A DNA stretch of 62,920 nucleotides from a virus (Duplodnaviria > Caudoviricetes), in IMG/VR virus record IMGVR_UViG_3300037808_000193, positions 1 to 62,920 of that record. One strand, given 5' to 3'. The notes under the pieces were generated by a model. It was not told the origin of the DNA and searched no databases. It saw nothing but the letters and a program-made list of their open reading frames with translations. How positions within the stretch are numbered: the first letter of the stretch is position 1; every line of letters starts with the position of its first letter. Shown in pieces: positions 9,881-18,585 of this stretch. A program made the position numbers and the translations under genes.

Positions 9881-9910
9881 AGAAGAAGCCGGGACCCGAA
9901 GGCCCCGGCT
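9881..9910 (-). terminator. Intrinsic terminator after the capsid/decoration genes
   Basis: AGCCGGGGCC-TTCG-GGTCCCGGCT followed by TCTTCT on the minus strand. Confidence 0.75.
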
Positions 9911-9936
9911 CAATCAGTGATCCCTCGGCAAAGGGG

Positions 9937-10410
9937 TCAGTCGGCTACGTCGTAGTCGATGTGAAGCACACCGACGAACTCAGCCCAGTCAGCCGAAGCA
10001 GCAGTGGTCACAACCGACACAGCGGTAGTGGCCAGAGCAGTTCCGACGAGAGCACCACCACCGGGGAAGATCCCGGTAGCAGCACAGCTCTGTGCAGCGT
10101 GGAAGCCATCAGCGTCACCGCCCGTTTCACCGACAGCAATGCCAGTGTTCAGGGTCTTGGTGCCACCAGTGGCCTCGGCAGTGGTGACCTCAAGGGTCAC
10201 CTCCCGCACGATGCAGCCTGCAGGCAGGTTCTCGGTGGTGTCCGTCTCTGAACCGTCTGCATTGGCAGTCAGAGCAATCGAGAGACGACCAGCCGTGAGG
10301 CCAATCTCCTCGGTCGCTTCGAGCGAGTCCAGACGAGTGTCGAACGCCTCGGTGTTGGCTGCAGCCTCAACGGTTGCAAGCTTGGCACGTTGGTAAAGCA
10401 GGACGTTCAT
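9937..10410 (-). CDS. Putative capsid decoration/spike protein
   Basis: Directly after the major capsid gene; short coil plus a beta-rich domain (LPAGCIVREV...G...DADGF). Confidence 0.55.
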   Translation of the reverse strand: MNVLLYQRAKLATVEAAANTEAFDTRLDSLEATEEIGLTAGRLSIALTANADGSETDTTENLPAGCIVREVTLEVTTAEATGGTKTLNTGIAVGETGGDADGFHAAQSCAATGIFPGGGALVGTALATTAVSVVTTAASADWAEFVGVLHIDYDVAD

Positions 10411-10422
10411 GACAGGCTCCTA

Positions 10423-11397
10423 TCAGGCCACGGCCGAGGTGAAGAAGTAACCAAGGTCACTCGCAATCACCTTCATGTCGTATGCCATCTCACCCTCAAC
10501 ACGATCTGCCTTGAGGTTCTGCTGACGGAACCGGCTGATGCGGGTACCGAAGGCAGATGCCCCGAGGAGACCACCCCAGGTGAACACGTAGCCAGCTGAG
10601 GGCTGCATGATGCCTGGGTTGGGGTTGGCGTAGCACAGGAGTGCGGACTTGCCGACGATGAACGCCATCGAGGCAGTAGCACCCTCGTTGGCAGTGTTCT
10701 TGATGGCGTCGGCAACGACGATCCGGCTCACTCCGAAGAGACCAGCCAGAAGATCCTCGGTCATCAGGCCACGCTGGGTGTACTTGATGCGGTCGAGGAT
10801 GTCTGCATGGTTCCGAAGGGTGGCAAAGACCTCATGGCCCATGACCAGCACGTTGGGCTTGTAGCCCGTGTTCTGCTGGACTCGGGTGAGGCCGTTCTGC
10901 ACATCCTGAATCGGATCGCTGGACACGTTGTCCCACTGAAGGAACTGGTCTCCAGTCGGGCCAGACGAAACGCCGGTCATGTCCTTCTCCCACACAGAGG
11001 TGGTCATGAAGGTCGAGGTCCAGTCCAGGTCCCGCTTCAGCATGAGCTGCTGAGTCACGAACTGGGTGGCCTCACGATCGACGTTGATCGGGTTGTCAGC
11101 ATTGGCACGAGTCTGGTCATCCACGTCCTTGTGCAGGGCGAAGACATCGCAGTAGTACGTGCCAGTGGTGAGGGTGTAACCCGAACCAGCAGACTCAGTG
11201 CCTGGGGCACGGAGAGCTGCATCGGTCCGATACCACTGGTCCTTGTCATAGCTGAAGTACTGATCAGCCTGCTTCTGGACGGTGATACGGGGGAACACCC
11301 GATCGGCGATGAAGTTGCGACCTTGGGTGTACGCAACAGAGATGGTGGTGAGCGGCCTACTGACGTGAACGTCAGATGGCGTAGGGGACGAAGGCAT
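10423..11397 (-). CDS. Major capsid protein (HK97 fold)
   Basis: PTPSDVHV.RPLTTISVAY, FIADRVFP, KPNVLVMG, DLGYFFTSAVA. Confidence 0.92.
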   Translation of the reverse strand: MPSSPTPSDVHVSRPLTTISVAYTQGRNFIADRVFPRITVQKQADQYFSYDKDQWYRTDAALRAPGTESAGSGYTLTTGTYYCDVFALHKDVDDQTRANADNPINVDREATQFVTQQLMLKRDLDWTSTFMTTSVWEKDMTGVSSGPTGDQFLQWDNVSSDPIQDVQNGLTRVQQNTGYKPNVLVMGHEVFATLRNHADILDRIKYTQRGLMTEDLLAGLFGVSRIVVADAIKNTANEGATASMAFIVGKSALLCYANPNPGIMQPSAGYVFTWGGLLGASAFGTRISRFRQQNLKADRVEGEMAYDMKVIASDLGYFFTSAVA

Positions 11398-11409
11398 GGT
11401 TCAGATCTC

Positions 11410-11784
11410 CTAGGCCAGTGCCACTGGATCGGGATTGACGAACATGGTGATGACTTCCCCATCGGCACCAGCACTACGTGCCTGACCGATCACAAAGTCA
11501 GCTGAGGCTGCGACCTCTGCCCGACCATCAGCACCTGCAGTCAAGTTCTGACCGATGGTGATGGTAGCACCTGCGTACACCTTGCAGACCCCGAACGTGC
11601 AGACCGAAGCAGCTTTGCCAGCTGCATCAGGCTTGTTCTGGAGGATGCCGATGCACAGCTCTCCTTGAGAGGCTGCCACAGAGACATCGCCTGCCGTCTC
11701 CAACACCATGAACTCACGGTAGTTGGCCGACAGGTCGGCATCTGCTGGGAACGTCTCACAATGGTTCCAGTTGTCGGATGCCAT
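11410..11784 (-). CDS. Capsid cement/decoration protein (DUF2190-like)
   Basis: IGILQNKP...GVCKVYAGATITIGQNLTAGADGRA. Confidence 0.8.
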   Translation of the reverse strand: MASDNWNHCETFPADADLSANYREFMVLETAGDVSVAASQGELCIGILQNKPDAAGKAASVCTFGVCKVYAGATITIGQNLTAGADGRAEVAASADFVIGQARSAGADGEVITMFVNPDPVALA

Positions 11785-11785
11785 G

Positions 11786-12703
11786 TCAGTTCACCTCCGA
11801 GGCGACGTGCTGTGCGTACAGGCTAGGGTTCTCGACGATGATCTCGTCGTATGCCTGGGCGTAGGAGATCTCACGCTCTTCGGACCGACGCTTGGCCAGA
11901 CCTTCCAGCTGATCTTCTGCCTTGGACACTTCTCCACCGAAGGAGTCGTTGCCCACGGTGCTGAAGAGCTTGCCAGCGAGGACCTGCTCATCGGCTGCCT
12001 TGAGAACCGTGTCGATGGCTTCCCACTCAGCAGTGTCGAGCTTGGCCTGTGCCGACTTCACGACGGGACCGAACTGATCGGCCTCCACCGGGAGGTTGGC
12101 GTAGTCCGAGCGGACCTTGCTGATGGCTTCCTTGATCAGTTGCTGGTCGTGCATGGCCTTGGTGATCTTCACTGCCTCAGCAGCATCACTCTTGGCCTTG
12201 CTCAGCTCCTGCTTCTGGGCCTCGAAAGCAGCTCGGACCGCAGGATTGGACTTCATGATCTTCTCCAGATCATCCGTCTCTTCCACGGTCTCTTCGTCAC
12301 TCTCTTCGGAATCTTCGTAGTACTCAGACTTGCTCACAGCGTCACGAGCATCACGGTCAGCAAGGAGATCGGCGACGCTCTTTTCGAGAGTGTCCTGATC
12401 CTCTTCGTCCGTAGTCAACTCATCGATGACGTCGAGAGCTGTGTCCAAGTCCTTCTGAAGGTCCTCGAAGTGAGCGAACTGCTCCTCCGTAAGGCCATCC
12501 AGATTGATCTGGGGCATAGCTTCCTCCTGGTCGTTGCTGGTGATCGTATCGCCAGTTTCGTCCTCACTTGAGAACTTCTCCAGCTCTTCGGTGTCATCTC
12601 TACTCTTGCTGAGAATGACATTTGCATCCTGGTTGGCACCAGCACCAACCAGAGAAACCTCGTCGTACTCCATTTCGGAGAGTTCTGTTTGTTCGTCAGG
12701 CAT
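11786..12703 (-). CDS. Capsid scaffolding protein
   Basis: EVSLVGAGAN N-terminus, acidic coiled coil, ISYAQAY...NPSLY C-terminus; many hydrophobic-x-K sites. Confidence 0.8.
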   Translation of the reverse strand: MPDEQTELSEMEYDEVSLVGAGANQDANVILSKSRDDTEELEKFSSEDETGDTITSNDQEEAMPQINLDGLTEEQFAHFEDLQKDLDTALDVIDELTTDEEDQDTLEKSVADLLADRDARDAVSKSEYYEDSEESDEETVEETDDLEKIMKSNPAVRAAFEAQKQELSKAKSDAAEAVKITKAMHDQQLIKEAISKVRSDYANLPVEADQFGPVVKSAQAKLDTAEWEAIDTVLKAADEQVLAGKLFSTVGNDSFGGEVSKAEDQLEGLAKRRSEEREISYAQAYDEIIVENPSLYAQHVASEVN

Positions 12704-14069
12704 TCTTCAAGCCTCCAGATGGGTCGATATCAAACCCACCAGTTCCCTTGCGAGCAGCATCAATCAAAGCCTGCCCTGTCTTGCCTTCGCCCACAGCCCT
12801 CATAACACTTGGCTTCCACCGAACTTGGCCAGACCTGGTGACCTCACCAAGACGCACTCCATCTTTGGTGCTGATCTTCCTGCCCTCAACCTTTGTTCCA
12901 CCAGGAATAGCGACTCTTCGCACCTTTCCACCAGGCATCCGGTACGAAACAGTGCTTGTCCCAGCAGTGCCACCACCACGTTTGATATTGCCACCCTTGC
13001 CACCGCTAGCGGCCCTTCCACCACCTGAACCCGAGGTGAACCGACCATCAGAGCCATGGTTCATGTTGTACTTACGAAGCAGGACATGGGCCTTGCCCAG
13101 TGCAATCTTCTTCTGACGTCTGGTCACTTCATCATCTTCCGGTACGGTACTGACATGAACGTCAGACGGGGTGGGCGAGGTCTTCCTGAGACTGTTGCGC
13201 TGGCGAAGCTGAATCACCCTGAGAGCAGATGACGCCTTGTGAGGGAGTGATCCGATCTTCTTCTTGCGTGGCTTCTTCCTCCCACCACCAGCGTTGATCT
13301 TCTTGGCATGACGGACCGATGAGCGGGACAGGTGAGTGCTTGCCGGTGAGGAAGAGCTGAAGCCCCGGCTCACACCCTTGGGCAAGGCCTTGTTGACGTT
13401 GAGCTTCATCTGACGATCATGCATGGAATTCGAGATGCGAGCCGCCTTCTCTTTACTCATTCCCTTCCTCCGAAGTGCTTCGTAGATGTGGGGGTACTTG
13501 ATCGAAGGACCATGATCCCCTCCAGGATTCTTTCGACCTTTGCGCTTGCCACTGATGGTGATGGAATCACCTCTGACGTTTCCACGTCCATCAACTGTGA
13601 AGCCTGAATCGTCAGACTTGGCCACCTTGGCGGCCACGGTGGGAGGAGCTTGCCGACGACGGCCCTTCCCATGGACGGAGAACATCTTGTATCGGCCACT
13701 CTTCACGCCCTTCCAGACCGAATCGTCGTGGACCTTGTACCCCACCCACCAGCCTTCAGGCACAGTCCCTTCCTTGATTCCAAGAGCGGCCATCTTCTCC
13801 TTGGTGAAGACCACACTCTCGACCAGAGTGGCAACACCCTTCTGAACATGCTCAACGCCTCCGTCACGGCTCTTCAGTACGAAGTCATAGGCGGCACGCT
13901 CAAGATCGTCCTCATGCCGGATGTAGTCACCATCATGATCTACAAGGAGCTTGCCTTCCTTGTCCTTGTAGACCTGAGCCCAGCCAAAGACAAGCTGGCG
14001 GTCATCGTTGGTCTTGATGATCTCACAGTCAGTCACTTCATCACCATCTTGTTCTTGTGTAGTTCCCAC
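12696..14069 (-). CDS. XkdF-like prohead protease with long basic C-terminal extension
   Basis: RQLVFGWA, VDHDGD, LERAAYDFV, EH...LVESVVFT, GWWVGYKV.D..VW..VKSG.Y.MFSVHG. Confidence 0.85.
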   Translation of the reverse strand: MGTTQEQDGDEVTDCEIIKTNDDRQLVFGWAQVYKDKEGKLLVDHDGDYIRHEDDLERAAYDFVLKSRDGGVEHVQKGVATLVESVVFTKEKMAALGIKEGTVPEGWWVGYKVHDDSVWKGVKSGRYKMFSVHGKGRRRQAPPTVAAKVAKSDDSGFTVDGRGNVRGDSITISGKRKGRKNPGGDHGPSIKYPHIYEALRRKGMSKEKAARISNSMHDRQMKLNVNKALPKGVSRGFSSSSPASTHLSRSSVRHAKKINAGGGRKKPRKKKIGSLPHKASSALRVIQLRQRNSLRKTSPTPSDVHVSTVPEDDEVTRRQKKIALGKAHVLLRKYNMNHGSDGRFTSGSGGGRAASGGKGGNIKRGGGTAGTSTVSYRMPGGKVRRVAIPGGTKVEGRKISTKDGVRLGEVTRSGQVRWKPSVMRAVGEGKTGQALIDAARKGTGGFDIDPSGGLKNA

Positions 14070-14374
14070 CCTCTGGACAGGTGACGGAACCGCTCATCCC
14101 TGGTCATAGTAGGCACTGCACCCTCGGTCTCCGTGATCTTCAGGAATCTGAGAGCCACGATCCACACAGCCAGTGGGTCTGAATGATCGATGAGTACAGG
14201 GGTTCCTTCATATCTGATAAGGGACCCTTGACAGTCAGAGAACACGTTCCTGAAGCCTCGATCGCCCTCAATCTTGCCAGGACGACGGAAGAGAACCTCG
14301 ACCGGGGTGTCATAGGGAGCCTTCTTCCACCGACCCTTGAAGGCGAACCTCTGGGGGTGTGGAGGCCGAGCCAT
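14033..14374 (-). CDS. Hypothetical protein
   Basis: ORF coupled between neighbouring genes. Confidence 0.5.
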   Translation of the reverse strand: MARPPHPQRFAFKGRWKKAPYDTPVEVLFRRPGKIEGDRGFRNVFSDCQGSLIRYEGTPVLIDHSDPLAVWIVALRFLKITETEGAVPTMTRDERFRHLSRGWELHKNKMVMK

Positions 14375-14547
14375 CAGGCCAACATCCTGTGCTCATCACA
14401 CAGATAGCGGACTACATCGTTCCCAGTGTGCTGTCCCTTCACCACGTACCTCCTGGCAGGTGCCCTACACAGCGGTGAGCGGCAATCGAAGAAGGACCCG
14501 TCGTCATGGACGGGAAAGTCACCGAATAGCTCCGTGGAGGCTGACAT
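14374..14547 (-). CDS. Small putative zinc-binding protein
   Basis: CRSPLC...LCDEH; start refined to MSASTEL to limit overlap with MuF. Confidence 0.45.
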   Translation of the reverse strand: MSASTELFGDFPVHDDGSFFDCRSPLCRAPARRYVVKGQHTGNDVVRYLCDEHRMLA

Positions 14548-16798
14548 CCACAGCTTCTCGATCTGCTGTGAATCTGATTCGGTCGACGTTGAAGTACTCC
14601 CGTCGTCGTGTGAATCGAGGCTCTTCTGGTCGCTGTCCCTCTGGGAGGTAGTCGATGGTGACGTGTGGTGTCCATCGGAAGTTCTTGGAGCACTCGATTC
14701 CATGCTTCTCCAGTCCAGCAACCAGAACTCGTCGGATCTCACTCAGGTTCCTAACCACGGGCTTCCGCCACCATGGAATCATCCCCTCTGAGTTGGGGCC
14801 AGGCTCGAATGTCCCGTAGTCCTGCTGAAGGAAGCCGAACGATGGTCCGAAGAGCATCCCGATTGCTTCCATCACCGACTCAATGTTCTTGCGGTCTTCT
14901 TCACTCAGTGTCGAGGCATCGTTGGTGAGAAACGCCAAGGTGATGTGATGATCACCAGGCTCTGTGCCACCTTCAACAGCGATCTGCTGAGACAGGCTCT
15001 CGGGAATGGGCACTGAGATCATGGCCCCACCATGGCTGGCCTTGTCCTCTTTGGTGATCGTCACCTTCAGAGCGTCTCGAACTTCCTTCCAGAATCCCAC
15101 GTCGTCCTTCTCCAGAGCAGCAGGGTTGTCACGCATCCAGCGGTTGATCACCTTCACAGCATCAGCAATGGACTTGCTCAGGGTGTTGGTGCTCTTGGTC
15201 CCGTTCCAAGCCACGTCCTCAGTCATCAGGAACTTGTCGAACCCACGAATGCTGGTGATGCCGGGGAGCAAGCTGTCACCGAACTTCGCCACGTAGTCAG
15301 AACCTGACATGAACGGTGGGTCGATGCTGCCCTGGCTGGAATTGAGGAACTTCTGAGCTACCCGAGCGGTCTCACCAGGACTTGGGGTGTAGCCGTACCT
15401 GGCCCAGACGTAGGCACCGTTGAAGTTGCCACCAGATGAAGCATTAACCTCCATGGTGTGGAAGCCAGACCGAGCATAGGAATCCTCCCACTCAGCCATC
15501 ATCTTGGTTCCCGCTCCTCTGCCCTGCAGCTCGGAGTTGACCTCGAAGAACTCGTTGACCACTACACCATCGTTTGGCCGAAGGGTTCGAGTGAACGAAC
15601 CAGCTTGACCACCATCCTGGTAGTAGAGCGTGCCTTCCACTGAGATCTCACTGTCGCCCCAGTCGTAGACAGAATCGACCTCAGCACGGATGACCTCACC
15701 ATTGGCAGTCTTGATCTCCCCCTCGAAGATGGCTGCAGCTTGAGCTTCAAGCTCCTCCTGCTCCAAGTTGCTGGCGGACCTAGACATGTCAGCAACCAAC
15801 AATCCACCACCTGGGCCACTAGTGAAACGACCATCAGACCCGTGGTAGGGGTTGAACTTACTAATGGTGACAAGCTCATTCTCAGTGAATGACTTAGCCA
15901 CATCGGTCGCCCTCACCAGACCAACAGCGCAACGGCAGTTTGGGTGGGCTGGGGGTCCTGGGTAGTTGACACTGTTGGTCGGTGAGGTGAAATCCATCCC
16001 GATAGCCCTGGTTTGCAGGTTCATCGGGGCACAGATCTTGCAGAGCCGCTCGTCAGCACCAGTGTGCCACTGCTGGACCAGCTCATTGGCGTCGATGTAC
16101 CCGTCGTTGATTGCCTGCTCCCAGGCGGCTCTTCGGCCGATGTTGGCAGCAGTGTGCAACTCAGTACGGGCAATGGTCTTGGCTCGACGGACAAGGTGAC
16201 GCTCAGCTGCAGCATCAGCCACCTTTCTGGCTACAGCAGCGGGATCACCGGCCCTGATCCTGGCGTTGTACAGGTTGGTGACAGCTTGAGCATCCCGAGG
16301 TGTGAGACCAATCATCGGCTTGATGATCTTGGCAGTCTCAGCGGTCGTAACGCCTTGGGTCCACGACGTTTCCATGGCCCTGGTGATTGCATCACGTGTG
16401 TTTGAAGAGATCCCGATCACCGTAAGAGCTGCATGGTTCCTGAGCTGAGTCACCACACGAGGGTCGTAGCCATCGAAGTGAGCTGACATTCTCACTGGTG
16501 TCTGGCGGAACTGCCGATCAGCCCAGGCATCGAAGTCCTTGGCAGTCTGCTGACCAGCACGAGCTTCCACCTCGGTGCTCACATTGCCAAGGAGCACCTG
16601 AAACCTGTTGAGCGGTGTTGCACCGATGTTGTTCTCGATGGAATCGAGGAAGGCACCGAGATCCTGACCTCTGAACGAGTTCTTCCATGCATTGATGAGG
16701 TTGAGGAATCCCTCGATGATGCGTCGTTCAGGGCGAGAGGGTCGGTTGGCAGGTGTTGGCCTCGTGCCCAGAACCGTGGGCTTCCGACGAAGAGGCAT
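14519..16798 (-). CDS. MuF (phage Mu F-like) minor head protein fused to GNAT acetyltransferase and 2H phosphoesterase domains
   Basis: RAKTIARTE, CKIC, PPAHPNCRC (MuF); ELQGRGAGT and GAYVWARYGY (GNAT); HITL and PHVTI (two HxT motifs). Confidence 0.88.
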   Translation of the reverse strand: MPLRRKPTVLGTRPTPANRPSRPERRIIEGFLNLINAWKNSFRGQDLGAFLDSIENNIGATPLNRFQVLLGNVSTEVEARAGQQTAKDFDAWADRQFRQTPVRMSAHFDGYDPRVVTQLRNHAALTVIGISSNTRDAITRAMETSWTQGVTTAETAKIIKPMIGLTPRDAQAVTNLYNARIRAGDPAAVARKVADAAAERHLVRRAKTIARTELHTAANIGRRAAWEQAINDGYIDANELVQQWHTGADERLCKICAPMNLQTRAIGMDFTSPTNSVNYPGPPAHPNCRCAVGLVRATDVAKSFTENELVTISKFNPYHGSDGRFTSGPGGGLLVADMSRSASNLEQEELEAQAAAIFEGEIKTANGEVIRAEVDSVYDWGDSEISVEGTLYYQDGGQAGSFTRTLRPNDGVVVNEFFEVNSELQGRGAGTKMMAEWEDSYARSGFHTMEVNASSGGNFNGAYVWARYGYTPSPGETARVAQKFLNSSQGSIDPPFMSGSDYVAKFGDSLLPGITSIRGFDKFLMTEDVAWNGTKSTNTLSKSIADAVKVINRWMRDNPAALEKDDVGFWKEVRDALKVTITKEDKASHGGAMISVPIPESLSQQIAVEGGTEPGDHHITLAFLTNDASTLSEEDRKNIESVMEAIGMLFGPSFGFLQQDYGTFEPGPNSEGMIPWWRKPVVRNLSEIRRVLVAGLEKHGIECSKNFRWTPHVTIDYLPEGQRPEEPRFTRRREYFNVDRIRFTADREAVDVSLHGAIR

Positions 16799-18420
16799 TA
16801 CTCCCCCAGGGTGCTGAAGTCACCAGTGATAATGGCCTTCTTCACTTTGTCCCGACGAGCTTGAGCTTGGGATGCACTTTGCTGGCGGGATGCCTGCTCA
16901 AAGTCCTCTTTCCTTCGTCGGTCAGTGTCTTCCCGATCTTCCTTACGGTGACCTTCGGACGCCTCAGAATCCTCCCCACGTCTACGATCCGTATCGTCAC
17001 GATCCATGAGGTCTCGTACATTGGTGTCGTCCTGAGCTTCCTGTTGTTGAAGCAACGGCGATGTCGGCTCTGCGTCTAGGTCCTTCTCTGGGAGCCCAGC
17101 AATCTCTCGAAGCCATGCTTCCAGAGTGTCATCGGGGAACAGAGGCATTCCGATCCCCGAGAGCGTCTGCATGTAGGCCGCCATCTTCTGGAGGTCTGGT
17201 GACTCGATGTCACCATGCATGATCTTGGGTGGGTCTTCAACGTTGATGCCGTTGAGCCGTAGAAGGCGGGGAACTGCCTGTCGGTTGAGGATGGCAGCAA
17301 TGCTGTCCAGCCATGCACCAGTAGCCACGGCAAACAGGTCGGTCTTGTCATCGTGGAGGGCAAACGAGCCAGTGCTGTTGTGACCAACGAGGAGAAAGTC
17401 AGCAAGAGCAGCCATTGTGATCCGCTGGTCGTACCTCTGGATGATCGAGTTGGTGTCGAACTGACGAGCACCACCAGTGGACATCAGGGAGAGGTCGAAC
17501 ATCTTGTTGCCGTGTTCGTCATAGGCGAGAGGGAACATCACGCCCTCTTGCTCATCCCTACGGATGTTGACGATGATCTCCTGCATTGCGTTGAAGACGG
17601 CCTTCTTGTCAGCGGAGGCGTTGGCGTCGAAGAACTCGGGTGGTGCATAGCCCACCGGCAGACCTGCAAGGTCACGTTCGATGCCTGTGGCCTCGATCTC
17701 CTCGATCCTCTTCTTGAAGTACCAGGGCCGATAGGCACCCCGAAGCAGTGACCGCCCCTCTGGGTTGTTCTTGTGGCTCATCGTCCTGAACAGCAGAGCC
17801 TTCTCCATCGGGATGAAGGACATCTTGTAGAACGGAGGAGCTTGCTGCCACGCACCGAGGATCTCGCCACTTTCGGCATCAATGGCCCACGAGATGATGG
17901 TGTCCTGAGAACGGATGGAGAGACGGTGCCATCCGATCTTGCCGTCCTTGAAGCGGCTGTCGGGCTTGGAGTCGATCCTGCCCACCTCGTTCACGGAGAG
18001 GGATTGCTCCCCTTCACGCTTCTTGTAGACGATCTCGTGGAAGCTGTAGCCGAAGACCAGCATGGACAACACCTCGGAGATGAAGTCCTCCCAGGAATCG
18101 GCCATGTCCTGCATACATTCTTCGATGAACTCAGCGGCCTCTTCGGACCCATCACCCTCACCAGGGTCAACGTGCCACTCAGCCTGACGAATCAGCATGT
18201 CGATGACATGGAGCATCCCGCTCACCACGGGATCGTTGGTGCTCATCTCCCGGTAGACCTCGACGGCCCTTTGGCCCATCAGGGTGACCAGGAACTCCTC
18301 TGAGATGATGCCACCGAACCGCTTCAGGCCTGTCTGGCCCAGCTCAGTCATCTCGTCGTAGTTGAAGTCTTCGGTTCTAACACCAGCTTCGTGGAAGAGG
18401 TTTGCACCTGTGTCCGTCAT
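16798..18420 (-). CDS. Portal protein
   Basis: VYREM..DPVV, LVFGYSFHEIVY, NNPEGRSLLR.AY.PW, ERDLAGLPV. Confidence 0.92.
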   Translation of the reverse strand: MTDTGANLFHEAGVRTEDFNYDEMTELGQTGLKRFGGIISEEFLVTLMGQRAVEVYREMSTNDPVVSGMLHVIDMLIRQAEWHVDPGEGDGSEEAAEFIEECMQDMADSWEDFISEVLSMLVFGYSFHEIVYKKREGEQSLSVNEVGRIDSKPDSRFKDGKIGWHRLSIRSQDTIISWAIDAESGEILGAWQQAPPFYKMSFIPMEKALLFRTMSHKNNPEGRSLLRGAYRPWYFKKRIEEIEATGIERDLAGLPVGYAPPEFFDANASADKKAVFNAMQEIIVNIRRDEQEGVMFPLAYDEHGNKMFDLSLMSTGGARQFDTNSIIQRYDQRITMAALADFLLVGHNSTGSFALHDDKTDLFAVATGAWLDSIAAILNRQAVPRLLRLNGINVEDPPKIMHGDIESPDLQKMAAYMQTLSGIGMPLFPDDTLEAWLREIAGLPEKDLDAEPTSPLLQQQEAQDDTNVRDLMDRDDTDRRRGEDSEASEGHRKEDREDTDRRRKEDFEQASRQQSASQAQARRDKVKKAIITGDFSTLGE

Positions 18421-18461
18421 GCCTCAGTCCTTAGGTCTCGTGGTCAGATGGTACTTCCTCA

Positions 18462-18581
18462 CTAAGGCTTCGCCCGAGACCGGAGCCACATCAGAGCAAA
18501 GATGACTGCTACGGGGAGTACGACCCACTTGGCGTACATCCCCAGCACCCACCACATCAGTTCTCGCTGGACCTCATCCAT
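18462..18581 (-). CDS. Small membrane peptide (39 aa, not in ORF track)
   Basis: MDEVQRELMWWVLGMYAKWVVLPVAVIFALMWLRSRAKP fills the terL-portal gap. Confidence 0.5.
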   Translation of the reverse strand: MDEVQRELMWWVLGMYAKWVVLPVAVIFALMWLRSRAKP

Positions 18582-18585
18582 GGCC

